From contig CBDUPA010000010.1 of the NCBI GenBank assembly GCA_965368975.1, forward strand, positions 96,001 to 160,000: a stretch of DNA of 64,000 bases, in the 5' to 3' direction. The notes below the pieces were generated by a model. It worked only from the letters and a program-made list of their open reading frames with translations. It did no database searches and was not told where the DNA came from. Positions within the stretch are counted from its first letter, which is position 1. Each line of letters starts with the position of its first letter. Below are positions 51,383-60,283 of this stretch, piece by piece. The translations under genes and the position numbers were made by a program. Origin of the DNA: an uncultured bacterium. Its GTDB lineage: Bacteria; Acidobacteriota; Thermoanaerobaculia; Multivoradales; JAHZIX01.

Positions 51383-52015
51383 ATGAAGCGACACTCCGTA
51401 CTCGCATCCGCCCTACTTGTACTCTGCGCCAGCTTCCTGTGCGCATCGGCCGCTTCGGCTCAGATGGCCGTCACGACGGCAGCCGCTCTCGAGGGTACCT
51501 ACGGTCTGCAGGCCACCAACAACGGCAAGGTCTACGTCGAAGACACCACACCTAGCGCCGAAACTCACTTCCTGGCCCGGTTCTGGTTCGATGCCAACGA
51601 CTACCTGATGTCGACGGTTGGCGCCGACGGCGACACGATCCGCATCTTCCAGGCACACGACACCAACACAGGTATCGCGATCCTGCGTATTTACCTGGTA
51701 CGTCGCCTATCGGCGGGTGGCAACCAGGTCTACCGTATCCGAACGTATGCCCGACGCGACGACGGCAGCATGGCTCGTGGTGAGAACCTGTCGCTGGCCA
51801 ACATCCCGCGCCATATCGAGCTCGAGTGGCAGGCATCTTCGGCTCCCGGAGCCAACGATGGCTTCGCCCGCCTGACGCGCCTCGACACCGGGCAAACACG
51901 CGAATCGACGGGCATCGACAACGATACCTACTCCATCGACCTGGTCCGCCTGGGTATCTTCGGTGGTGATGGCTCCGGCACCATCTACTTCGACAGCTAC
52001 GAATCGTTCCGCTGA
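51383..52015 (+). CDS. Small secreted beta-rich (lectin/jelly-roll-like) protein of unknown function
   Basis: GGAG RBS; signal peptide ..ASA-Q; beta-strand-rich; AAALEGTYGL, ARFWFD, IELEWQA..GANDG, ends GTIYFDSYESFR. Confidence 0.75.
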   Translation: MKRHSVLASALLVLCASFLCASAASAQMAVTTAAALEGTYGLQATNNGKVYVEDTTPSAETHFLARFWFDANDYLMSTVGADGDTIRIFQAHDTNTGIAILRIYLVRRLSAGGNQVYRIRTYARRDDGSMARGENLSLANIPRHIELEWQASSAPGANDGFARLTRLDTGQTRESTGIDNDTYSIDLVRLGIFGGDGSGTIYFDSYESFR

Positions 52016-52148
52016 AGTGGGCTGGGGACTGCTCGTAGCGCAGAGCTGCGAGCGAAGCTCCACACGTCTGCCTCACAAGCGGAGCTGAGGAAACAGCCGA
52101 GTCGCCTAGCACGGCGCTTGGCTGTTTTCATTTGTACCGAGATCCACG

Positions 52149-53282
52149 ATGCTCCGTTCCTCTTCGCCGCCCCGGCGCCACCTAGCACTACTAGGCCCTT
52201 CTCTCGCGGGAGGAGGTGCTGAGCGCACTCTGCTGCACCTGACGATGGGCTATGCCGAGCAGGGACATCAGATCGACTTGCTGCTCTGCCGGGCAACCGG
52301 GCAGTACCTGGACAAGGTGCCGCCCGGCGTCAACATCGTGGACATGGCGGCCAAGCGCGTGGCCGCCTGCTTGCCGGCGCTGGCACGCTACCTACGCCGG
52401 CAGCGCCCCGACGGGCTCATTGCCGTGACCAGCGACGTGGCGCTGATCGCTCTGATGGCGCGCAGGCTGGCACGTGTGGACGTCCCGATCGTGGCGCGTC
52501 AGCAGATCACACCTCGCTGTTACTCTCTGCACACCTACCCCTTCCGGTGGCGCGCACGCCTGATGCGTCCACTGATGCGCTGGCTTTACCCCAAGGCGAC
52601 CTCGGTTGTCGGCGTCTCGAAGGGAACCGCACGCGACACGGAAGAGTTCGCTCAGCTGGCAGCCGGTAGCGCGCGCGTCGTCTACAGCCCGATCATCCGT
52701 CCTGGTCTGGACCAACTCGCGCAGCAATCCGTCGAACACCCGTGGTTGCAGCCGGCAGCAGACATTCCCGTTATCGTCTCGGCAGGTCGATTACACCCGC
52801 AGAAAGACTTCTCGACGCTGCTGCGGGCCTTCGCCCGAGTGCGCCAACAACGCCCGGCACGACTGCTGATCCTCGGCCAGGGCCCCGAACGCGCGACTCT
52901 CGAACAGTTGCGCAGTGAGCTGGGCCTGGACGCAGACGTCGATCTTCCCGGATTCGTCGACAACCCTTACGCCCACCTCGCCAAAGCGAGTCTCTTTGTT
53001 CTCTCGTCGCGCTGGGAAGGCTTGCCGACCGTCTTGGTCGAGGCCCTCTTCTGTGGCCTGCCGGTCGTGGCTACCGATGGTGCTGGTGACGGTGCACGCG
53101 AGGTTCTCCAAGACGGCGAATGGGGGCGCCTCGTTCCGGTGGGCGACATCGAGGCGCTGGCGGCAGCCATGCTTGGCGGTCTCGAAGGCAACCTGCCGAC
53201 GCCATCGGCCGCAACCTGGCAGCCCTTTACGCTCCAAGCGGCGCTGGACGGCTATCTACAGGCGCTGGCTCTGGTTCCGTAA
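52149..53282 (+). CDS. Glycosyltransferase family 4
   Basis: LAGGGAER, GRLHPQKDF, SSRWEGLPTVLVEA. Confidence 0.9.
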   Translation: MLRSSSPPRRHLALLGPSLAGGGAERTLLHLTMGYAEQGHQIDLLLCRATGQYLDKVPPGVNIVDMAAKRVAACLPALARYLRRQRPDGLIAVTSDVALIALMARRLARVDVPIVARQQITPRCYSLHTYPFRWRARLMRPLMRWLYPKATSVVGVSKGTARDTEEFAQLAAGSARVVYSPIIRPGLDQLAQQSVEHPWLQPAADIPVIVSAGRLHPQKDFSTLLRAFARVRQQRPARLLILGQGPERATLEQLRSELGLDADVDLPGFVDNPYAHLAKASLFVLSSRWEGLPTVLVEALFCGLPVVATDGAGDGAREVLQDGEWGRLVPVGDIEALAAAMLGGLEGNLPTPSAATWQPFTLQAALDGYLQALALVP

Positions 53283-54573
53283 CTACGGCCGGGGACCTAG
53301 GAGCCCCCAGCAGCGCCTGCGTCAGGCTGCACCCCCAGAGCAGCAGGATCGCCCGATCGTGGACTACGGTGTGATCCACCATGCCACTGGCGGCAACCAG
53401 GAGGATCAGCACCAAGCCCGCTCGAAATCCAGCGCGCCAGAAGATCGCGAAACTCACCCCGAGCAGACAGAGATAGGCGAACAATCCAGGCAGGCCGAGA
53501 TTGACCCACAAGTCCATGTAGACGTTGTGCGGCCGTTGCTCGAAGCTCATCGAGAACGCAGTACCGTGCCCCCAGATCGGTTGCTCTCCAATCAGGGTGA
53601 GGTAGTCGTCGATCAAATCTTGGCGGTGATCCATCTTGGATAGGATGTCTTGCCCGAGGAACATGCCCAACCGCTGCTGCGCCTGATACCGACCGAACAT
53701 TCCGGGAGCATGTCGGAGCGCCAAGACCGACAGCGCCAGCACACCCACGATCGAGACCATGACGAGCCCGGCCACCACCAGCTTGCGCACCGGTATGCGA
53801 ACAGGCCCATCGGTGCCATCGGGGCGCACCGCAATCGAGACACAGTAGGCAAGGAGGAGCAAGAAGAAGAGCACGGCTCCTCCGCGAGACAGCGTGGCCA
53901 CGACTCCGGCGGCGGTCAACAACAGGCGCACGATGTCCCACCCGCGTAGGCGACGGTAGTACAGTCGCAGGCAGCACAGCAGCACGAGAATCGTCGCCGC
54001 GTTGTTCGCAACCTCGGCGAAGCCAGCGGCCCGTGCCAGCTGCTTGGACAGCGTACCCGGCTGGTATACGTCGACGGCAATCGAGGTCAAGAGCACGAGC
54101 CACGCCAGATCGATGGCCTTGGGCAGGTGACGGCGCAGCAACGGCGAAGTCGAGAGGAAGGCACCCGACAGCAGAATCCCGAAGTCCACCACGAGGAGCA
54201 GGATCTGTGTCAAGCCTCCTTCCCAGTAGGCCCGCGGTCGCGCCGCCTGCAGCAAGGAAATCGCCACCAACGCCCCAAACGACGCGAGAACTGGATTCAT
54301 GCCTGCCAGCAGCCGCCGCCAGTCCCGGTACGCTTGCACTCGTCCCACGCCCTCGGCGAGGGTGAAGACAGCGAACACAAGCGTACTGGCCCCCCACAGA
54401 AGGACCGGCCGTACCGGTAGCAGCTGCTGCTTGAACAACCAGTTGGCGGCGTAGGTGGCAAATAGAGCGAAGTGCAGACCCCACAAGGCCAGTAGCAGGC
54501 TGGAACCAAGATCGCTGAGTGGCAGACGCAGCAGCGCCGCTGACCGTGCAGCCCAACGCTGGCCTAGGCTCAA
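53227..54573 (-). CDS. Wzy polymerase / O-antigen ligase-family membrane protein
   Basis: Many TM helices; TLSRGG, PIWGHG, PHNVY...LGLPG; likely TTG start overlapping the upstream stop codon. Confidence 0.75.
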   Translation of the reverse strand: MSLGQRWAARSAALLRLPLSDLGSSLLLALWGLHFALFATYAANWLFKQQLLPVRPVLLWGASTLVFAVFTLAEGVGRVQAYRDWRRLLAGMNPVLASFGALVAISLLQAARPRAYWEGGLTQILLLVVDFGILLSGAFLSTSPLLRRHLPKAIDLAWLVLLTSIAVDVYQPGTLSKQLARAAGFAEVANNAATILVLLCCLRLYYRRLRGWDIVRLLLTAAGVVATLSRGGAVLFFLLLLAYCVSIAVRPDGTDGPVRIPVRKLVVAGLVMVSIVGVLALSVLALRHAPGMFGRYQAQQRLGMFLGQDILSKMDHRQDLIDDYLTLIGEQPIWGHGTAFSMSFEQRPHNVYMDLWVNLGLPGLFAYLCLLGVSFAIFWRAGFRAGLVLILLVAASGMVDHTVVHDRAILLLWGCSLTQALLGAPRSPAVVTEPEPAPVDSRPAPLGA

Positions 54574-55679
54574 GGGAGGACTCCGGGCAGCGCGGCCGGT
54601 ACCAGGGAATCGGGGAGGCGGAAGCAAGAGAAGATCACATTCAGGCCGGCCCCTTCGGTATCGGCCTCCCACAGCAGCTGCTCCCGGCCCAGATCATAGA
54701 GTGCAACTCGACTGGCGCAAAGAGTTCCGGTGTTGCCGCCAAGACGGCGTCGCAACCAGCGCAAGTTCTGCCGGAAACGTGTCGGCCGCAAGCGCGAAAA
54801 ACCGACCAAGACCCGCTCGTCGTCCCACACGTCGAGTCCCCTGCACCAGCCCAACGGCCCGTCCTTACCGGAGAAGCTGTTCAGATTGCTGACGCGAGCG
54901 TCCGACGAACCGTCGGCATCCACCGCGACGATATGGCCGTCGACGGTGGTGAAGTACACGTGACGACCATGGACGACACCGTCGTGAGGCCGCTCTCGAT
55001 CGATCGCCAGTCGGCGAACAGCCCGATCCAGACCTGGAACGCCGCCCAAACGCACCGCGTCGCGCTGCTCGAAACGGGTGGCCCAGATCTCGGGGTGCGC
55101 CGGATCCCCCAATTCGAAGACGAAGTTCGGATGCGCGAGGTGGGGTTTGGTGGTCACTACCTTACGATAATCGATCGCGGGATCGAACCGAGCCCACGGA
55201 TCCTCTCCCAGCACATTCCAGACCTCGACGACTTCCCCTGCGGTCGTCATCTCCAACACCATGTCGAGTCCGGTGTTGGCAATCAGGAGGTTGCCGTTGG
55301 CGCGTGGCCGGACGTGGTGGACATCGTTGAACCACGGGTGAGTCAGGTAGCCGACCCTCTCGAACCCAGGTAACCGGTAGATCAGAATCTCGGTCTGCGT
55401 ACACACGTAGAGATGATCGTCGCGGAGAGTCGCGGCCTTGAACAGGATGCTCGGCCGGTCGTCAGCACAAACTTCTGGCGGCGACTCGTACTCCAACAAG
55501 GTCCGCCAACTGCCGTCCGCGAGGTCGCCGAGACAGATGGTCGCGAGGCCAGTACTGTGCCACTCGGGAACATCCAGAGCATTGCGCCGCTGCCGCCCGC
55601 CAACAGCCAGAATGTAGCGGCCGTCTTGGCGCAGTTCGGTCTTGGCGTTCGACGCGTCGAGGGAACGGGGCATAGACAT
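54570..55679 (-). CDS. Conserved hypothetical protein, probable beta-propeller
   Basis: Translationally coupled within the cluster; blade-like repeats (GNLLIANTGLD, HDG....VYFTTVDG, GWCRGL). Confidence 0.6.
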   Translation of the reverse strand: MSMPRSLDASNAKTELRQDGRYILAVGGRQRRNALDVPEWHSTGLATICLGDLADGSWRTLLEYESPPEVCADDRPSILFKAATLRDDHLYVCTQTEILIYRLPGFERVGYLTHPWFNDVHHVRPRANGNLLIANTGLDMVLEMTTAGEVVEVWNVLGEDPWARFDPAIDYRKVVTTKPHLAHPNFVFELGDPAHPEIWATRFEQRDAVRLGGVPGLDRAVRRLAIDRERPHDGVVHGRHVYFTTVDGHIVAVDADGSSDARVSNLNSFSGKDGPLGWCRGLDVWDDERVLVGFSRLRPTRFRQNLRWLRRRLGGNTGTLCASRVALYDLGREQLLWEADTEGAGLNVIFSCFRLPDSLVPAALPGVLP

Positions 55680-57922
55680 CAGGTCTTCCGGCGCCAGCGA
55701 TCCAGGTCGAGCCCGGTCAGAGCTTCGAGTTCGTCGATCTTGGGAGCGAAGTACCTGTTCAGGCGCTCCCGCGTCTCGGTGCGCATCGGCGGATAGGTCA
55801 AACTTCTGAGATTGACGCGATCCACCAACGCCACCAAGCGAGGCAGACGCTCGCGCAGCGGCAGGAAGAAGCGTTGCAGGATCGGCAGTCGCGGTTCGAG
55901 AGCTGCGTTCCGATGCTGTGGTTTGGCCAGCGGCTGCGGTTCCAGATCCAGGAAGCGCCAGACCTGGTCCATCAACGCCCTCGGGTCTTGCCCCAAGTCG
56001 TCCTGCAGCACGATCAGGATCTGCTCGCGCTCGAAGATCTCAAAGTAGCGCCGAATCTGGTGCGCATAGTCTCCACGCGCCAGATACGAGAAGTTACGCC
56101 GATCCCGGTTGCCTTGGTCGATCCGCTCGGCTTCCCGTTCGAGCGCTTGCTCGAAGCTCAGGGTCTCGAAGCCGTATCGTCGCTGGTGCCAATAGTGCGA
56201 GTATGCGCGATCGACCGGGTGCCGCAGGATGAAGAGCAGGCGCGCCTCGGGCAAGACGGCGTGCAACCGCAGCGGCACGCGTGGCTCGAAGAGGTACAGT
56301 GGCGACGTCTGAGCGACGATGCGTTCCCCGTTCCAACCCTGAAACAGGGACCGGTACCAGTCCAGGCCACGCGCATAGTGAGCGTCGATGTCGAAGAAGT
56401 GGATCTCTTGCGGTTTCGGTGGAAGGTAGATGTCCGGGTGCTGCGCCAGCATGTAGTGCAGCGATGTCGTCCCCGAGCGCTGGGCACCGCCGATCACGAG
56501 ATTCGGCAGCGGCGCCGAGGCCGCTGCTGGTGGCGCGTCCCGACCGACGAACGAATCGAGCAGAAGGCGCAGTCCGCCGATGGGTCCCAATGGATCGCCA
56601 GAGACCGGAGCAAAGATCGACGAATTGATACCGAGGCGTCGACGCACCTCCCACCAGGTCCAGAGGTTCTTGAGCGCGATCAAGATCGACGTGACCGCAG
56701 CGGCACCTTCGAGACCAAACATGTAGACCGCGGGTACGTTGAAGAGCAGATTCAGTACGACCGTCACACTCATGATGCGGGCACTGACCTGGGCATTGCC
56801 CGTCATGTTCAGCAGGTAGCCGACCGGACCGGTACCGGCACTGACGAGCTGCCCCAGAGCCATGATCCACAAAACGGCCAAGCCGTGGCCATAGCTGGGA
56901 TCGAAGAACTCGAGCAAGGGCCCACCCAACGCCAACAGCAGCACCGCCAACAGCACGGCGATCAGACTTGCGCCCCAGACACTGAGACTGACAATTCGCT
57001 GCAACTCGAGCGTCTTCTTCTGGGCGTGCAGCTCGGAAATCAAGGGGGCCGCGATCGTGTTGCCCGCCGTCAAACCGAAGGGAATCAGGCCCGTCAGCCG
57101 CGTGGCGAGAAAGTACAGACCGACCTCCGTGCGACCGACCAGAATGCCGATCACCAGAACGTCGACCTGATTGAGCAACGGGCTGAGGCCGGACACCAAC
57201 AAGAGTGAGCGAGATTCGCGCCACCAGCGGCCGAGATCGTAGACCGGCGTCGCACGCGACACCTCGGATGGTACTGCCGAGGACTGCCAGAACAGCGCTA
57301 CGACCCAGGCACTGAGCGAGCCGAGCACCAGCAACAGGACTCCCAGCGGCGCCTCGGGGACAAACTCCTGGCCCGCAAGCTCGGCGAGCAGCAAGGCGAA
57401 ACCGACCGAGGCGAGCGTCACGGTCGGGCGTAGTACCTGCTCCGGCAACTGGGCACGTACGACATGCCGCAAGCCGCGCAGCGTGCCCGTCGGGATACCG
57501 AGTAAGGTTCCTATCAGCACCAGAGCGCTCATCCACAGCGCGGCCTGGAACTCCTGCGGTGCCAGCGAGTCTCCGATCACCAGCGCCACCAACGCCACCA
57601 CGGCGCCGAGCAGGACACCCGAACAGGTGGCGATCTGCCAGGCGCGCCGCAGCAGGCCGTGGAACAAATCCCAGCGTGCTTCCACCCGGTACTGCGCGAC
57701 GAAACGCACCATCGCGGTGTCCAGGCCCAGCCGCGCAAAGAGCACGATCACCTGCGACCAGACAAGCAAGTACGCAACGATGCCGTACTGCGTTGCCCCC
57801 AGCCAGCGCACGAGGATCCAGTGCAGCAGCAGCTGCAGCGCCATCCCAGCAGCGCGCACGGCGAAACTCGCCGTGGCGCCCCGCACGAGAACCGTATCGA
57901 GCTCGTGGCGCCCCGCCTTCAC
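55679..57922 (-). CDS. Wzx-type flippase fused to a C-terminal sulfotransferase domain
   Basis: N-terminal multi-TM MOP pattern (WLGATQYG, EVGLY, LLNMTG); C-terminal GAQRSGTT, EIHFF, LRHPVDRAYS. Confidence 0.88.
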   Translation of the reverse strand: MKAGRHELDTVLVRGATASFAVRAAGMALQLLLHWILVRWLGATQYGIVAYLLVWSQVIVLFARLGLDTAMVRFVAQYRVEARWDLFHGLLRRAWQIATCSGVLLGAVVALVALVIGDSLAPQEFQAALWMSALVLIGTLLGIPTGTLRGLRHVVRAQLPEQVLRPTVTLASVGFALLLAELAGQEFVPEAPLGVLLLVLGSLSAWVVALFWQSSAVPSEVSRATPVYDLGRWWRESRSLLLVSGLSPLLNQVDVLVIGILVGRTEVGLYFLATRLTGLIPFGLTAGNTIAAPLISELHAQKKTLELQRIVSLSVWGASLIAVLLAVLLLALGGPLLEFFDPSYGHGLAVLWIMALGQLVSAGTGPVGYLLNMTGNAQVSARIMSVTVVLNLLFNVPAVYMFGLEGAAAVTSILIALKNLWTWWEVRRRLGINSSIFAPVSGDPLGPIGGLRLLLDSFVGRDAPPAAASAPLPNLVIGGAQRSGTTSLHYMLAQHPDIYLPPKPQEIHFFDIDAHYARGLDWYRSLFQGWNGERIVAQTSPLYLFEPRVPLRLHAVLPEARLLFILRHPVDRAYSHYWHQRRYGFETLSFEQALEREAERIDQGNRDRRNFSYLARGDYAHQIRRYFEIFEREQILIVLQDDLGQDPRALMDQVWRFLDLEPQPLAKPQHRNAALEPRLPILQRFFLPLRERLPRLVALVDRVNLRSLTYPPMRTETRERLNRYFAPKIDELEALTGLDLDRWRRKT

Positions 57923-58953
57923 CGAGCCGCCTCTCCTTCGGCCACCGAAGGCGCCAGGTAGTCGTCAGCGGTGTACTGCAAGCCCTCTTCGAGCGCTACC
58001 GTGGGACGGTAGCCCAACGCTCGCGTGCTGCGCGCCAGATCCGCCAGCGACGCGCGCACGTCGCCGGCGCGCGGCGGCTCGTGGATCGCCTCGGGACCGC
58101 TGCCGACGACATCGCGGATCGTCGATGCCAGCTCCAACACCGTAGTGCCGCGACCGCCGCCGACGTTGTAGACCGCTTCCTCGGTGCTCACCGCTGCCGC
58201 GGGCGCACTGCCGGCCAGCAGGTTGGCACGCACCGCGTCGGCGACGAAGGTGAAGTCGCGACTCTGGCCGCCGTCGCCGTAGATGACCGGCGCCTGGCCC
58301 TCGACCAGCGCCTGGAAGAAGCGCGGAATGACCGCCGCGTAGGGCCCCTTCGGACTCTGCCGCGGGCCGTAGACATTGAAGTACCGCAGACCCGCGATCT
58401 GCATGCCGTAGCAGCGCCGGAAGACCTGGGCGAGTTCCTCGTTCATCGCCTTGGACAGGGCGTAGGGTGACAGTGGCTCCCCTTCCTGACCTTCCGTGCG
58501 TGGCAGACGCGGGTCCTCGCCGTAGACGCTCGATGACGAAGCGTAGACCACGCGCTCGACCTCGGCGTCGCGGGCGGCGGCGAATACGTTGGCAGTGCCA
58601 CTGACGTTGATCGCCAGGCTGGTCGCAGGATCGGCCATTGATCTAGGTACCGAGCCGCGCGCCGCCTGGTGGAACACGTGGCTGACGCCCTCGGCGGCCC
58701 GCTGGCACGCGGCGAGGTCACGGATATCGCCCTCGACCCACTCCAACCGGCCCACGGCTTGCGCGGCCTGCAGGTTCTCCACGCGGCCGCTCGACAGATC
58801 GTCGAGCACCCGCACTTCGGCACCGGCGCCGAGCAGAGCGTCGACCAGGTGCGAGCCAATGAAGCCGGCCCCGCCGGTCACCAACACCCGCTTTCCTCGC
58901 CAGACGGCGAGGTCCAGGTCTCGGCTGTAGTCGTGGTCAAGCTTTGACGACAT
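57919..58953 (-). CDS. UDP-GlcNAc(A) C4-epimerase (WbpP/TviC-like)
   Basis: TGGAGFIGSH, HQAARGSVPRS, YASSSSVYG, YALSK, LRYFNVYGPRQ. Confidence 0.88.
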   Translation of the reverse strand: MSSKLDHDYSRDLDLAVWRGKRVLVTGGAGFIGSHLVDALLGAGAEVRVLDDLSSGRVENLQAAQAVGRLEWVEGDIRDLAACQRAAEGVSHVFHQAARGSVPRSMADPATSLAINVSGTANVFAAARDAEVERVVYASSSSVYGEDPRLPRTEGQEGEPLSPYALSKAMNEELAQVFRRCYGMQIAGLRYFNVYGPRQSPKGPYAAVIPRFFQALVEGQAPVIYGDGGQSRDFTFVADAVRANLLAGSAPAAAVSTEEAVYNVGGGRGTTVLELASTIRDVVGSGPEAIHEPPRAGDVRASLADLARSTRALGYRPTVALEEGLQYTADDYLAPSVAEGEAAR

Positions 58954-60256
58954 TCTCATGCTCCTCGCGGTACATGCCGCGCGTGTCGAGGATCAAAGGG
59001 GCGTGCTCCAGCACAGCCTGGTAATCGACGCCCGAATGATCGGTGATCAGCAGCACGGCGTCGGCGGCGCGCAGCGTCTCCGGCTCGAGCTCCCGCGACT
59101 CCATGGCGGGCAGGTTCGGCCAGGTGCGCATCGTCGGCGCCACCGGCACGTGCGGATCGTGGTACTGGATCTCGGCGCCGAGTTCGAGGAGCTGATCGAT
59201 GATCTCGAACGCCGGACTCTCGCGCGGATCGTCGATGTCCTTCTTGTAAGCCAGCCCGAGAATGAGCACCCGGCTGCCATGCACCGTCTTGCCGCGACGG
59301 TTGAGCGCGCGAACGAGCTTGTCGACTACGTAGCGCGGCATCTCGACGTTGACTTGCCCGGCCAGCTCGACGAAGCGTGGTGTCACGCCATGCTCCCGCG
59401 CCTTCCACGAGAGGTAGAAAGGGTCGACCGGAATACAGTGGCCACCCCAGCCTGGACCGGGCGTGAAGCGCACGAAGCCGAACGGCTTGGTAGCAGCGGC
59501 GTCGAGCACGTCCCACACGTCGATACCCATGGCGTCGTAGACCACCTTGAGCTCATTGACCAACGCGATGTTGACGGCTCGGAAGATGTTCTCGGTCAGC
59601 TTTGTGGCCTCGGCGGTGCGCGCGTTGGCCACGCGTACGGCGCGGGTGAACGCACGGCTGTACACGGCCTCGGCGAGATCCCCCGAGATCTCGTCGACAC
59701 CGCCGACAACCTTGGGAATGTCGCGCGTGGTGAACTTCTCGTTGCCGGGATCCTCGCGCTCAGGCGAAAAGGCGAGAAAGAAGTCTTCACCACACGTCAA
59801 ACCGCCGGCTTCCAGCCGCGGGCACAGGAGCTCACCCGTGGTACCGGGGTAGGTCGTCGACTCGAGAATCACCAACTGACCGGACCGGAGCCGCGACGCC
59901 AGCGTGTCGGCCGTGCGCTCCAGGTAGCTCAGGTCCGGTTCCCGGTGCGCGGTCAGCGGCGTCGGCACGCAGATGATCACCACGTCGACATCGGCCAGGC
60001 GGTCGAAGTCGGCGCTGGCACTGAAGCGCTGAGCCGCCTGCATATCGTGCAGACGCTGGGCATCGAGGTGACGGATGTAGCAACGACCCTCGGCCAGAGC
60101 TTCGATCTTCGCCTGGTCGACATCGAAGCCGAGCACCGTATACCCAGCCTCGGCGAAGGTCAGGGCCACGGGCAAACCCACATAGCCAAGACCGATGACG
60201 CCCAAGCGGGCCGAACCGTTGCCGATACTCTCTGCCAGCTTGGCAGCGTGACTCAT
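58937..60256 (-). CDS. Nucleotide-sugar dehydrogenase (UDP-GlcNAc 6-dehydrogenase, WbpA-like)
   Basis: GLGYVG, CVPTP, LESTTYPGTT, SPEREDPGN, GGHCIPVDP, D.RESP. Confidence 0.92.
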   Translation of the reverse strand: MSHAAKLAESIGNGSARLGVIGLGYVGLPVALTFAEAGYTVLGFDVDQAKIEALAEGRCYIRHLDAQRLHDMQAAQRFSASADFDRLADVDVVIICVPTPLTAHREPDLSYLERTADTLASRLRSGQLVILESTTYPGTTGELLCPRLEAGGLTCGEDFFLAFSPEREDPGNEKFTTRDIPKVVGGVDEISGDLAEAVYSRAFTRAVRVANARTAEATKLTENIFRAVNIALVNELKVVYDAMGIDVWDVLDAAATKPFGFVRFTPGPGWGGHCIPVDPFYLSWKAREHGVTPRFVELAGQVNVEMPRYVVDKLVRALNRRGKTVHGSRVLILGLAYKKDIDDPRESPAFEIIDQLLELGAEIQYHDPHVPVAPTMRTWPNLPAMESRELEPETLRAADAVLLITDHSGVDYQAVLEHAPLILDTRGMYREEHENVVKA

Positions 60257-60283
60257 GGTCGCATACTCCTCAGGTTTCCAGCT

